Shown here: in pieces, positions 7,929 through 17,700 of the stretch
Position numbering within the stretch: the stretch's first letter is position 1
Layout of the letters: each line of letters opens with the position of its first letter
Source of the DNA: Patescibacteria group bacterium
Lineage (GTDB): Bacteria > Patescibacteriota > Minisyncoccia > Minisyncoccales > JANBVM01
Direction: 5' to 3'
Assembly (NCBI GenBank): GCA_024239015.1
Contig: JANBVM010000001.1
Span: 1 to 60,850 of the forward strand
Length of the DNA: 60,850 nt
Notes under the pieces: model-generated
What the model saw: only the letters and a program-made list of their open reading frames with translations
What the model was told of the DNA's origin: nothing
Database searches by the model: none
Made by a program: the position numbers and the translations under genes

Positions 7929-8431
7929 TGAAATTTATGTTAAAGATATTTATCTCTCATAGCACAAGAGATTATAAATTAGTTACAGCATTAGAAGTAT
8001 ATTTAAAAATAAAAGGTATATTGACCTATATTGCTGAAAATGATTGTCAAGTTGGAAGATCCTTATCAAGTAAAATAATTGAAAATTTAGAGAAAAGTGA
8101 TTACTTTTTAGTTCTATATACTAATAAAGGAAAAGAATCAGATTACGTCAATCAAGAAATTGGATATTGGATAAAAGCTCGCGGTTTTACTAATCTTATC
8201 CCTTTAGTTGAAAAGGGAATAATACCAGAAGGCTTCTTATCTGGATGTGAATATTTTGAATTGGATCCTAAAAATCATAATATTGGTTTGGATAAAATTG
8301 TTGATTACTTAGTACAAAAGAAAGAGGAATATGAAATAGAATTATTTGGAGATAACATAGTTGTAGGTTTAGGACTCTTAGGGCTTACGGCTTTGATACT
8401 ATATGGAATATATGTAGTTGTGAAAGAATAG
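7928..8431 (+). CDS. TIR-like domain protein with C-terminal transmembrane anchor (copy 2)
   Basis: KIFISHSTRD and SDYFLVLYTNKGKESDYVNQEIGYW, with C-terminal LGLLGLTALILYGIY. The GTG start overlaps the upstream TAG by 1 nt. An ATG at 7937 is an alternative start. Confidence 0.6.
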   Translation: MKFMLKIFISHSTRDYKLVTALEVYLKIKGILTYIAENDCQVGRSLSSKIIENLEKSDYFLVLYTNKGKESDYVNQEIGYWIKARGFTNLIPLVEKGIIPEGFLSGCEYFELDPKNHNIGLDKIVDYLVQKKEEYEIELFGDNIVVGLGLLGLTALILYGIYVVVKE

Positions 8432-8645
8432 AACAATTATTATACCTTACATTTGAATAGGTTAAAAGCAAATTTTAATTTCTCATTTTGAATTACCTAA
8501 TAAATAAATATGTGCTAAAACCTTTTGTGAAATTGCTTAGAAACAAAGAATTTGAGTTCAGTTTAAATTGGTTGTAATTATAATTATATTAATTAACCAA
8601 TTACAAGTGAACTAATTAATTAAGGGTAAAGAAATCCAAGATCTT

Positions 8646-9836
8646 TTGGAAAAATTTGTATTGGACCCTGATTTAGCTACTTTAGTAGCTAATCTCAATG
8701 TATTTAATGTAATGAATGTGTTAAAAGTTGAGACTTCTGAAACCGTCTTCTCATCATTTTTGGCTTGGTTACTTAACCCGAGGGAAAATCATGGTCTCGG
8801 ATCTTATTTTCTAAAATATTTCTTGATGAGATGCGCGAAAATTTCAAATATTTTTACCGTCATTGACATTGATAAGTTAAATCTAAGTAATAGTATTGTT
8901 AGAACAGAAGAAAATTTTCATGGTACAAGAGCGGATATAACAATAAGAATTGACGATATAAATCTAATGAAATTTGGATGCTTAATTGAAAATAAAGTAA
9001 AATCCACAGAAGGCGAAGAGCAAACTAAGAATTATGTGAAATATTCAAAGATAAAATATCCAAAATATGATTTTATGTATGTTTATCTTACTCCTTTTGG
9101 TGAAGATGCCGATTCCAAAGAGTTTATATCAGTAAGTTATGAATCTGTTAAAGAATTATTAGTTCAAACAATTAACGCAAATAAAGATAATTTAAATGAA
9201 GAAATTTTGAATTTAATACAGCATTTTTTATATAATTTAGAGGAAAATATATTGAATAAAGGAAAAATTGTAGATTTATGTAAAATAATTTATGAAAAAC
9301 ATAGAGAAGCAATTGAGGCTATTATTGCGAATAAGCCACAGCATATTAAAATAATTGAAGAGGAAATCAAGGAATTACTTATTGATTTACCAGGTGAGTG
9401 GATGACGCACCCAACAAAGACCGATTGCTACGTATTTAAGAAACAATGGTTAGAAGATTTTCGTGAATTTAATATAGGAAATCTAGTTCCATTTTTCTTT
9501 TATAACGTACACTCTTGGAATAGCGAATCATTGTATATCGCGGTACAGTTATACATAGACAGAACAAAAGAATGGAAATTAGATGTTAGAGAATTATTTA
9601 CAGAAATTATTGAAAATAAAATAGACAAATCTGGTGTAAAGCCATTTCTCTATAATAAACAAAATATAGCAAAAAAAATCAAAGATATCGTAATAAAAGA
9701 GGGTTATGAAAATGACCAGGACTTGAAAGATGTAGCTTTGAAAATGAAGGATTTAATTGATGCAACAATCGGAGTTATTGATAACACCGTTGAAGAATTA
9801 AAAAATAAGCTCTCTAATTTGAAAAATGAAAAATAA
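8646..9836 (+). CDS. PD-(D/E)xK nuclease superfamily protein (PDDEXK_4/pfam14281-like)
   Basis: 396 aa. FSSFLAWLLNPRENHGLGSYFLKYFL, RADITIRID and LIENKVKSTEGEEQTKNY match the conserved N-terminal block and the D...E-x-K core of that family. Confidence 0.55.
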   Translation: MEKFVLDPDLATLVANLNVFNVMNVLKVETSETVFSSFLAWLLNPRENHGLGSYFLKYFLMRCAKISNIFTVIDIDKLNLSNSIVRTEENFHGTRADITIRIDDINLMKFGCLIENKVKSTEGEEQTKNYVKYSKIKYPKYDFMYVYLTPFGEDADSKEFISVSYESVKELLVQTINANKDNLNEEILNLIQHFLYNLEENILNKGKIVDLCKIIYEKHREAIEAIIANKPQHIKIIEEEIKELLIDLPGEWMTHPTKTDCYVFKKQWLEDFREFNIGNLVPFFFYNVHSWNSESLYIAVQLYIDRTKEWKLDVRELFTEIIENKIDKSGVKPFLYNKQNIAKKIKDIVIKEGYENDQDLKDVALKMKDLIDATIGVIDNTVEELKNKLSNLKNEK

Positions 9837-10072
9837 GGATCTTTTTCCCAATATTTAGTGGCCTTATCCTACTCTTGGAGAGACATCCTTCCTCCAATAC
9901 ATAAAATTTCTGTTATGACTTATCATTTCAGATTTCTAATAAAATTATTGAGCTCGTACATTATAAGCCTTAACAAAATCTGAAGATTGGCAAGATCAAC
10001 ATTGCGTTGTTAAAAATTTAGAGCTTTTAGAATTCATTAATTCGCTCAAATTCAAGAGATTGAGATAAAATT

Positions 10073-10838
10073 CTTCAAAAAATGTCCATTACAAATTATT
10101 AACCCATGAGCGTATGTTAAGTTATATATCTTAAAAGAAAATAAAGATAAGCATGTTAAACTTAATAATATTCTGAAATATAAGAAAGTTCTTTTTCTAA
10201 CTGTTATAATTGTGCTAGAAATTATTTTATTAGTTTTATTTACAATCCTGTTTATTACAACTAACATAGAATTTTATAAACTTATAGTTGAATTATTAAG
10301 AAATTTTATAATATTAACCAGTGTAGTAACCGCTTTAACAATCCCATTTGTTATGAAAGATATTGAAGAAAAGAAAAGAGAAGTGGAGTTAAGAGATCGA
10401 ATAGAAACAGTTATCAATGAACTTAAAAATTATTTTGAAATTATTATCTCTTCTAAATTTGAAGAACTCCCAAAAAAAAATCTTTACATTCATCCTCAAT
10501 TTCAATTTTTTAAATCCATTGGTAGGAAAGAACCTGAATTCTTAAAGAAACTCGGTATCGATATTTCAAGTTATACTAGTACTTCAAGAAGTGGAACTCA
10601 ATCTGAAGGAGGTAGTTTAATTATCCTAAACATTTATAGATTACGTGGTGGTTATCAACCAACTCTTATTTTTATAAGCACAGAAAATGAATTTTCGGAC
10701 TTACCGGATTCGTATGAAATTCTTTTAAAAAAAATCATTGAAAACGCAGAAAAATTTTTTTCCGTAACATTAGATAAAAATTTATGCTCCTTATCAGATG
10801 ATCTCAAATCAGGTTATTTAGAAGTAACAAAACGTTGA
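10073..10838 (+). repeat. direct repeat copy 1 (~770 bp: gene plus ~90-140 nt upstream), partner at 25543..26315
   Basis: The upstream block AAATTATTAACCCATGAGCGTATGTTAAG matches AAATTATTAACCCAATAGCGTATGTTAAG, and homology continues through the CDS. Proteins are about 80% identical by eye. Confidence 0.8.
10212..10838 (+). CDS. hypothetical membrane-anchored protein (paralog of 25629..26315)
   Basis: 208 aa from GTG. The frame is open from 10110 and still encodes the paralog N-terminus (HVKLNNILKYKKVLFLTVII versus MIKINDILKYKIVLFLFVII), but the paralog ATG aligns with CAT here. One N-terminal TM helix. Confidence 0.5.
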   Translation: MLEIILLVLFTILFITTNIEFYKLIVELLRNFIILTSVVTALTIPFVMKDIEEKKREVELRDRIETVINELKNYFEIIISSKFEELPKKNLYIHPQFQFFKSIGRKEPEFLKKLGIDISSYTSTSRSGTQSEGGSLIILNIYRLRGGYQPTLIFISTENEFSDLPDSYEILLKKIIENAEKFFSVTLDKNLCSLSDDLKSGYLEVTKR

Positions 10839-11083
10839 ATTATACATAAAAAATTTAGCTACAATATACCTAGCGAGATTTTTCATAATTCCCGATGCTG
10901 AAACTGTCTTGGTGACTCCTTTTGAATCAATTCAAGATATATCTAACTATGTCAATTTGACACCATCAAATTCAACTTATGAAATCCATATAGATCCTGT
11001 TAATTATACTGTGGATGAAACTCCGCGGAACTTAAATCAATTTTTAAATAATTATGAACAAGTTAGAGTGTAAATCTTAAAAA

Positions 11084-11097
11084 TTCGTTAAACGGCT
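11084..11097 (-). repeat. degenerate island-motif copy (form B-like)
   Basis: The plus strand reads TTCGTTAAACGGCT, against TTCGTGAAACGGTT. It is intergenic. It is the only copy right of 4984 with this polarity, apart from bare arms. Confidence 0.35.
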
Positions 11098-11383
11098 GGT
11101 ACTTAACTCATTTATCACGAGTAATTGTAAAGCTACTACTAATATCAAAGAACAAATTTGGGTGTCAGAAGTGTCAATTTCGTTCAAGGATGGGAAATTT
11201 TTCGCAATCAGATTAAAAAAAAAGTAAATTAATCCAATAGTACTTAATCACTAATCATTCTCAAGAGATTCAATATTATTCAAGCAAACATCAATTCTAT
11301 TATATATTTGTTTTTTCAAAGTTCCACTAAAACTAGGAGCAATTGTTAGAAGATCGAATAACTCCTCTTCTAATTTAATTATT

Positions 11384-11899
11384 TCATATTCTTTTCTTCG
11401 AGATTTCATTAGCTATTAACTCACATATTTTTTCTGAACTAATATTTGGACTTAATGTAATTCCAATTCCCTTTAAAATCATAAATTCAATCTTTCGGTC
11501 GTTTATCCATTTATAAGGATTTTTATCAAGTATCTGATCATAATAATTTATGAAGTTGTCCATCGAAATAATCCAACAAAATTCTTGCTTAAGAGCAAAA
11601 TTCAATATAAACTCGTCAGCTACCTTACTAGATTCTATAATTATTCCTTCTTCTAGCAATCCCCTAAATTCATTTTGTTTATCTATTTCATTGAGAAGAT
11701 TTGGGTCGCAAATGGGAAATGTCCTATGTTCAGAGAAACCCAATCCATTCAAATGATTTAACAATAATTTTATATCCCCAAATCTTGGATTTTTTGTTCG
11801 ATTATAACGATGTCGAGCCACATTATTTAAATCAATGCAAAGGGGAAATTGAATTAAAAATGGCAATTTTCGAAAAATACTTTCTAACATAAAGATCAA
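11384..11899 (-). CDS. NYN/Zc3h12a-like ribonuclease domain protein (putative)
   Basis: 171 aa. LCIDLNNVARHRY (IDGSNVA-like), PICDP and ADEFILNFALKQEFCWIISMDNFINY (D-x-F...IVSND-like) follow the Zc3h12a/NYN acidic-residue pattern. Confidence 0.45.
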   Translation of the reverse strand: MIFMLESIFRKLPFLIQFPLCIDLNNVARHRYNRTKNPRFGDIKLLLNHLNGLGFSEHRTFPICDPNLLNEIDKQNEFRGLLEEGIIIESSKVADEFILNFALKQEFCWIISMDNFINYYDQILDKNPYKWINDRKIEFMILKGIGITLSPNISSEKICELIANEISKKRI

Positions 11900-12026
11900 T
11901 AGTTAAGATTATATTTAAAACAATGTTTATTACATAACTATTTGACGTTCTCATGGATCAATTATAAAAAAATATACACATCCATTTTACATAAGCTTTT
12001 TAAATTGTATTCATCTATTTTTACTA

Positions 12027-15000
12027 ATGTCAATCGAAAAAGTTATTGGGAATATTATTGAAATTTTAAAAGAATTTTATGATTTAGATTTAATTCAAAT
12101 AGAAGCATTGAAAAATTCTGATGATAAATTAGTAATCTCTAAAGAAATTCTTAAAATCCTATTTAAGAATAATATATCTTCTGTAAGGAACGAAAAAAAG
12201 GATAAAAAGGAAGAAAAGAAAAAAATAAAGCGGTATACATCTCATTGTACTTTAAGACATAGATTTCCTAAATTTTTAGCGAAAGCAAAACAAGAGGAAT
12301 TCATAGAATTAGTTATAGAATTACTAGCAGATTGTCAACTGCATATAACTATAATAATTGGTGGTGGGAATACTAATTACTTCTATATTTCGGGTTTAGA
12401 ATCAATAATTAATCTTCTATTGAATATAGATTTAGATGGTATTTTTGAAAAAAAAAAAATTAAAGAGATGTTTGATAAGCCTTGTTTAATCTACTTTAAA
12501 GAAGGTTTTATGGAAAAAATCTTTGGTCCTGACGGATTACTAAAAAAAAAAGGATTTTCCATTCCAAAATTTATTGAAACTGTAAGTTTACAAAATGAGT
12601 TTTCTAGACAGAATGTATACAATTGGAAAAAAGGAGGTTATTTTCCTGTTAATTTCTTTAAAATTTTTATGATTCGATTTGAACAATTTAACGATTACTA
12701 TAGATATATAGATTATGTAAAGATTGGAAATTCAAATAAAATTTCAAAAGATTTATTAAATAAAATTTTTGAACAAATAAAAAATTTTGAAAAGTATATC
12801 AGTCATTCAGAGCTTAATGAGATTTTTAAACAATTCAATATTGTTCAAAGATTAAATATAATTGAAAAATATGATGATTTAATTAAGAATGTCCAAAATG
12901 AGAGAGAAATTAAATATTTGGATTATGTTGAGTTAATTAGATCTAAATTTGATATTTCAGACGATAGAACGTTAATAAAATCTGTTGAATTAGTAAATTT
13001 TAAGTCTTATAAAAGAGAAAAGATTGATTTTGAATCAGGAATTAATATATTATATGGCAAAAATGGCAGTGGAAAAACGTCATTGATCGAAGCCGTATTA
13101 TTTGCTTTATTACGATTGCATCCCCAACATTCTTTATATTATAATCCTGATCCTTCAGAATCTAGGAGTCCCGCTTATATTTTTTTACTAAACACTTGGC
13201 TTATACGAGCCGGGGAAGAGGTTTGTGAAGTTAAATTGACTTTAAAAATAAGGGAAAAGGAAATAATAATCGTCAGGAGTATTTCTAGAGATTTAACTCA
13301 AGAATTAAAAATATTTGATGGGGATGAAGAAATACCTCTTATATCCTTTAAAAAAGATCCAAATATTCCATCTTTGGTGATCAATTCATCCGAAATAAAA
13401 TTATTACATCTTGACAAAGAAGAGTGTCTTGAAGAGGCTCAAATTTATTCTGAAAATCAAGAACTTTATACTGAGTTTATATTCAGTGAATTTGAAAAAC
13501 GTGGACTATTTTTTGAAAAGAACGAAATTTTTTCCTCATTTTTTAATGAATACCACTTTTTCTGGGATTGGGATGAGATAAATAAAAGAAAGCGTAAAAT
13601 AAAAAATTACTATAGGAATAAATTCCGAATGAATTATTTATACAATTTAATCAAGGATCTAAAAAGAAAACGAATAAAATTACTGTGTAATCAAGCGAAG
13701 TTAATCTCCTCATTGAAAAAAAACTTGGATGATATGGAGCTCTATACTGATATTAATGAAAATAAATACTATAAAATTACTTCTGGAGAATGTATTAAAT
13801 GCAATGATATATGTGAAAGTGAAGATGGTGACAGATATCATTTTAACGAGTTACTGGAACAAGGTTATATTAGTAAAGATAATTTTTTTAAGACTTACTA
13901 TCCTGTTGAGACTCACCATGGAACAACTTGTCAGAAATGTGGAGCATACTATTGCGATTATCATCATCAATGGATGGATTATGATTGTGAAAAATGTGAT
14001 AATGACTTAGAAGCTAACTTATACAGAAGAAGAGAATTACATGTGTTACCTTCTCAGTTTTTGAAAATTCTTAAGTTTTCTTCCAATATCGATGAAAAGA
14101 TCTATGAAGAAATCTATAGAGACAATTATAACCAATTTAAAAGAATTGTAAAACAAGAGAAATATCATCCTTTATTAGTTGAGAATTTTGATCTAGAACT
14201 AGATAATCACTGTTTTAATGAAATTTCATTAATTTATGAACTTTTAATCCATCATTATACTTATATAATCGAATCATTAAAATTTCTATTATTAGGAGGA
14301 CAGGAACCGAATTTAAATTCACTTATAAAAAACATCGAAACGTTCAATAAGAGAGATAAGATAAATCCAAATATAGATTATATTAATCATATTGTATTGA
14401 TAATTATCTTTTATATCCAGAATTTAATCTCAAACAATTCAACAATTTTAATTAGGCTTGATTTATTGATAAAAGATACTATGAAAAGTTGTTATAACTC
14501 TTCATCTCAAATTCACCATTTATCATCTTCCTCTATCGAAACCTCAATGTATCGTATTCTTTATAATACAATAAATCTCTTGAAAAGTCCTTTATTTAGT
14601 CGCATTGATCACCTAATCGAAGCCCACCAAGGTGATATTGATGATTTTTTGCAAATTTATGAAAAACACTTTCACAATTCTCTCTCAAAAAGATATTATG
14701 GATTTATATATGGTGAAATTAAGATAGTGAAGACACCACAGAAAGATTATCATCCAAATATAATTTATTATGGCGAATATGATATTCAAAAATATCTTGA
14801 GACTGATTTTAATGTATTTGTTACCCAAGTTGAAAATGTAATGAAAATAATAAGTTGGGTAAAGAAAGTTTCAGAGAAATTGAAAAAAAATACTGAAGAA
14901 ATAGAAAATCTTGAAGATAGGATTAATTTTATCAAAGAACATTCTGCTCTAATTTATAAAAATGTGTTTATTAAATTTTTAAATGAGGAATTAAAGAGAT

Positions 15001-15380
15001 TGGCTCCTAAAATATTTAAGGAATCAAATAAATTTTATGGTTTTCTAGATGAAGATAGTTTCCATAAAATACAGTTTCAAAATGGAAAAATCGCACCCCT
15101 CAACATACTTAGCAATGGGGAAAAGAGCAAGTTCTTTTTAGCTCTCATTTGTATTTTAGCCAACCTCTCAAATAACAGCTTATTCTTTTTAATTGACGAA
15201 CCTAATGAATTATTGGATACTGAAAATATTAGTATCATCAAGGACTTTTTCTCACCACTTTTCAGGACTAAACAATTGATTCTTTGTACTTATATCAAGA
15301 AATATCTCGAAACAGAACCAACTCAGAAATTTGAGGTTAGAAAACATTTGGATGGGACATCATATATCGAAGAGAAATAA
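12027..15380 (+). CDS. Rad50/SMC/RecF-like ABC ATPase with ~320-aa N-terminal extension and central Cys cluster
   Basis: 1117 aa. VELVNFKSYKREKIDFESGINILYGKNGSGKTSLIEAVLFAL is the SMC_N head with Walker A. LSNGEKSKFFLALICILA is the signature motif and FFLIDEPNELLD is Walker B, both at the C-terminus. The long helical middle carries CIKC...CQKCGAYYCDYHH...CEKC. Confidence 0.7.
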   Translation: MSIEKVIGNIIEILKEFYDLDLIQIEALKNSDDKLVISKEILKILFKNNISSVRNEKKDKKEEKKKIKRYTSHCTLRHRFPKFLAKAKQEEFIELVIELLADCQLHITIIIGGGNTNYFYISGLESIINLLLNIDLDGIFEKKKIKEMFDKPCLIYFKEGFMEKIFGPDGLLKKKGFSIPKFIETVSLQNEFSRQNVYNWKKGGYFPVNFFKIFMIRFEQFNDYYRYIDYVKIGNSNKISKDLLNKIFEQIKNFEKYISHSELNEIFKQFNIVQRLNIIEKYDDLIKNVQNEREIKYLDYVELIRSKFDISDDRTLIKSVELVNFKSYKREKIDFESGINILYGKNGSGKTSLIEAVLFALLRLHPQHSLYYNPDPSESRSPAYIFLLNTWLIRAGEEVCEVKLTLKIREKEIIIVRSISRDLTQELKIFDGDEEIPLISFKKDPNIPSLVINSSEIKLLHLDKEECLEEAQIYSENQELYTEFIFSEFEKRGLFFEKNEIFSSFFNEYHFFWDWDEINKRKRKIKNYYRNKFRMNYLYNLIKDLKRKRIKLLCNQAKLISSLKKNLDDMELYTDINENKYYKITSGECIKCNDICESEDGDRYHFNELLEQGYISKDNFFKTYYPVETHHGTTCQKCGAYYCDYHHQWMDYDCEKCDNDLEANLYRRRELHVLPSQFLKILKFSSNIDEKIYEEIYRDNYNQFKRIVKQEKYHPLLVENFDLELDNHCFNEISLIYELLIHHYTYIIESLKFLLLGGQEPNLNSLIKNIETFNKRDKINPNIDYINHIVLIIIFYIQNLISNNSTILIRLDLLIKDTMKSCYNSSSQIHHLSSSSIETSMYRILYNTINLLKSPLFSRIDHLIEAHQGDIDDFLQIYEKHFHNSLSKRYYGFIYGEIKIVKTPQKDYHPNIIYYGEYDIQKYLETDFNVFVTQVENVMKIISWVKKVSEKLKKNTEEIENLEDRINFIKEHSALIYKNVFIKFLNEELKRLAPKIFKESNKFYGFLDEDSFHKIQFQNGKIAPLNILSNGEKSKFFLALICILANLSNNSLFFLIDEPNELLDTENISIIKDFFSPLFRTKQLILCTYIKKYLETEPTQKFEVRKHLDGTSYIEEK

Positions 15381-15488
15381 CACATTAGATAATAGATAAA
15401 ATATTTACACTAAACTCTGCAGCGTCTAAAAAGTTTTTTAATAATTTGATATTTAAAGTATGAGATATTATGAATAGAGTGGAGATAT

Positions 15489-15833
15489 ATGATAAATTTA
15501 GATATTTTAGAAAATTTAAAAGCAATTAAACAAAGAATACTAGCCTTATTAATAACAAATGATTTTATAACTGATTCTTCTTCAATAGAAGATGAACGGT
15601 CAATGAACTGGAATTTTTACCAAGAAAATAAAGAATTCATAGATATAATTGATGGAATACTAGAAAACATGAAAGTATTAATCATACCTTCAGTAGAAAA
15701 TAAATCACAAATTCTCAAAATAATCAATTGGATACAAAATACCAACTATGATAATATTTCATTAGAAGAGATTCAGGATTATTTAGAAGAACGAACTATT
15801 GATAAGTTAGAATTAGAAAATCGTTTTCAGTAG
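15489..15833 (+). CDS. hypothetical acidic protein
   Basis: 114 aa. GTGGAG lies about 6 nt before the ATG. No motif recognised. Confidence 0.45.
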   Translation: MINLDILENLKAIKQRILALLITNDFITDSSSIEDERSMNWNFYQENKEFIDIIDGILENMKVLIIPSVENKSQILKIINWIQNTNYDNISLEEIQDYLEERTIDKLELENRFQ

Positions 15834-16082
15834 TAACAATTATTAAATTGGTAATAGAAATAAACTTCATCTTAGTTTTAAATTCATTAAAAATAAATAC
15901 AGATGAGTTTAACTTATAATACCACACGCACTAATTAAAATCATATAATGGACTTTTTGGTATCGACAAGAAGGTTTCCATACTACGGTTGAGAGTTTTT
16001 CTATAAAAATATTATCAGATGTAAATCGGTCTGAAATTGAAATCGACAGAATTTTCCGTGGAAATAATTTTTAACAATTATT

Positions 16083-16097
16083 CGGTTATTTTGCGAT
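16083..16097 (+). repeat. island motif, form A variant
   Basis: CGGTTATTTTGCGAT, 12/15 matches to form A. Intergenic. Confidence 0.6.
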
Positions 16098-16109
16098 CTA
16101 GAATAAAAG

Positions 16110-16301
16110 CTATTTTAAATCAAAGTAATCATTGACGAGGGTATAAAATCTTTTTAATACTTCTTCCCCTCGGGCTGTCGTGTGATATTACATAATATTA
16201 TCATCGTTTAGTTCCTTAATTAAATTTCGGGAGAGGAGAAACTGAAGAGTTTCTTTTATTGTGGATCTTACCCATAGGAACAAATAAAAATAATTAACCA
16301 T
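16110..16301 (-). pseudogene. possible decayed winged-helix gene (one in-frame TAA)
   Basis: Hand translation: MVNYFYLFLWVRSTIKETLQFLLSRNLIKELNDDNIM*YHTTARGEEVLKRFYTLVNDYFDLK*. It is a single frame with an internal stop at c16190-16188. The helix-wing-helix pattern resembles the C-terminal half of small archaeal wHTH regulators. Confidence 0.3.
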
Positions 16302-16425
16302 ATTAAAGAATTTGGACAAAAAGTAAGATTTTTATTAAAATGTGATATAACCATAATTAGACAACAAATTTCAAAATCAAATTACAAATTATAATTTTAA
16401 AAATATAAAGAGAGGGTGGAAATGC

Positions 16426-17691
16426 ATGAAGGATAAGAAAATTATTAGTTTAATCTCGTTAATCTTTTTTTCAACTGTTTTGATAAATATAACTCCGACA
16501 CGAGCGATAATTAAAGACCAAACAATCTCAACCATAGCTGAAAAAGATACCTACGTTAATACTGATGAAGCTTTATCTAACTTTGGTGGACAAGATTATG
16601 CGTTGGGGGGTTTTTATTTTGGAGGAGACATTGTAGAAGCATATTTCTTCTTTAACTTTAGCGATAAACCAAGTACTTATACCAAAGCCGAAATTTCATT
16701 AGATTTTTGGAGCGTTTCTCAAACTATGAATGTCTCAATCTATCTAATTGAAGAGGAATGGGATGAATATTCGATGACATGGATCAATAAGCCATCAAAG
16801 GGAGCTGAAATTACCTCTATAATAATCACTCAATCTGATATCTATACTATTAATGTTACAAATTTTATTGCTGGTAGAAATAACCTATCTATTTGTGTTT
16901 ATATAAAAGTTGAAAATTACGTGAATGACTATTTTTATATAACAACGAGAGAAGGTTTTTATTCTTGGGCTCCTGAGGATGCACCTCAATTAATATGGAC
17001 TTATCCTGGAAATGTAGAAATTACTGTTACAAATCCTACATCTTCATCCAATTGGCTGGAATTAAATATTTACACGATACAATGGACCTCAACAGGTGAT
17101 ATTGACAATGTAAAAATTGAGTTATATAAAGGTGCTTTATTTGTTGAAGAAATAACATCAGTGCTAGGGTATACTATCAACGATGGCACATATGACTTTT
17201 ATGTATCTATTGCTGAGAATTATGATGGTACAGATTATAGAATAAAAATCTCAGATTTTGATGACCCAAATGTTTATGGCTATAGTGGTTACTTTTCGAT
17301 AAATGTAAGGAGCGGTACTATGACAATTACTAGTCCAACTAGTTCTTCTTCATGGCAAGCTGGAACTATAAAATCTATTACTTGGACATCAACAGGAAAT
17401 TTATTAAATGTAGACATTGAAATATACAAAGGAGCAGTATTGATGTATTACATTTATGACGTATCAAATTTAGGGATTAAATTATGGGATATTGATGCAG
17501 CTATTGAGATAGGGACTGATTGGAGAATTAAGATTTCCAACTCAGATAATTCAGCTCAATATGACTGGAGTGATTATTTTGAAATATATAACGCTAGAGA
17601 TGGTGGAGCAATATCTGGTTATGATTTTTATATAATTTTAATGATATCAATAATTTCCCTTACGATAATAACTCGGAAAATAAAAAAATAA
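16426..17691 (+). CDS. secreted/anchored surface protein: DNRLRE/CBM96-like N-domain plus two Kre9/KNH-like Ser/Thr-rich repeats and a C-terminal TM anchor
   Basis: 421 aa. Signal-like N-terminus (IISLISLIFFSTVLINI). AEKDTYVNTDEALSNFGG is a typical DNRLRE-domain start. Tandem units TNPTSSSNWLELNIYTIQWTSTGDIDNVKIELYKG and TSPTSSSSWQAGTIKSITWTSTGNLLNVDIEIYKG are about 99 aa apart. Hydrophobic C-terminus. An RBS-like GGGTGG precedes the start. Confidence 0.6.
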   Translation: MKDKKIISLISLIFFSTVLINITPTRAIIKDQTISTIAEKDTYVNTDEALSNFGGQDYALGGFYFGGDIVEAYFFFNFSDKPSTYTKAEISLDFWSVSQTMNVSIYLIEEEWDEYSMTWINKPSKGAEITSIIITQSDIYTINVTNFIAGRNNLSICVYIKVENYVNDYFYITTREGFYSWAPEDAPQLIWTYPGNVEITVTNPTSSSNWLELNIYTIQWTSTGDIDNVKIELYKGALFVEEITSVLGYTINDGTYDFYVSIAENYDGTDYRIKISDFDDPNVYGYSGYFSINVRSGTMTITSPTSSSSWQAGTIKSITWTSTGNLLNVDIEIYKGAVLMYYIYDVSNLGIKLWDIDAAIEIGTDWRIKISNSDNSAQYDWSDYFEIYNARDGGAISGYDFYIILMISIISLTIITRKIKK

Positions 17692-17700
17692 TTTTTTTTT
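17692..17700 (+). terminator. oligo-T run (T9) directly after the stop codon
   Basis: TAA at 17689-17691 is followed by TTTTTTTTT, an archaeal-type intrinsic termination signal. Confidence 0.4.

Larger units (their letters stand above)
7509..8447 (+). repeat. right arm of the ~0.94-kb inverted repeat
   Basis: See 1520..2457. Homology covers about 110 nt of upstream sequence, both CDS and a few nt past the stop. Confidence 0.8.

Noticed and set aside
10828-11073. 81-codon open frame, slightly G/C-richer, downstream of 10212..10838
   Set aside because: It has no ATG, and the only in-frame alternative starts would give fewer than 55 aa. It may be a fragment of a lost gene, but I cannot support a call.
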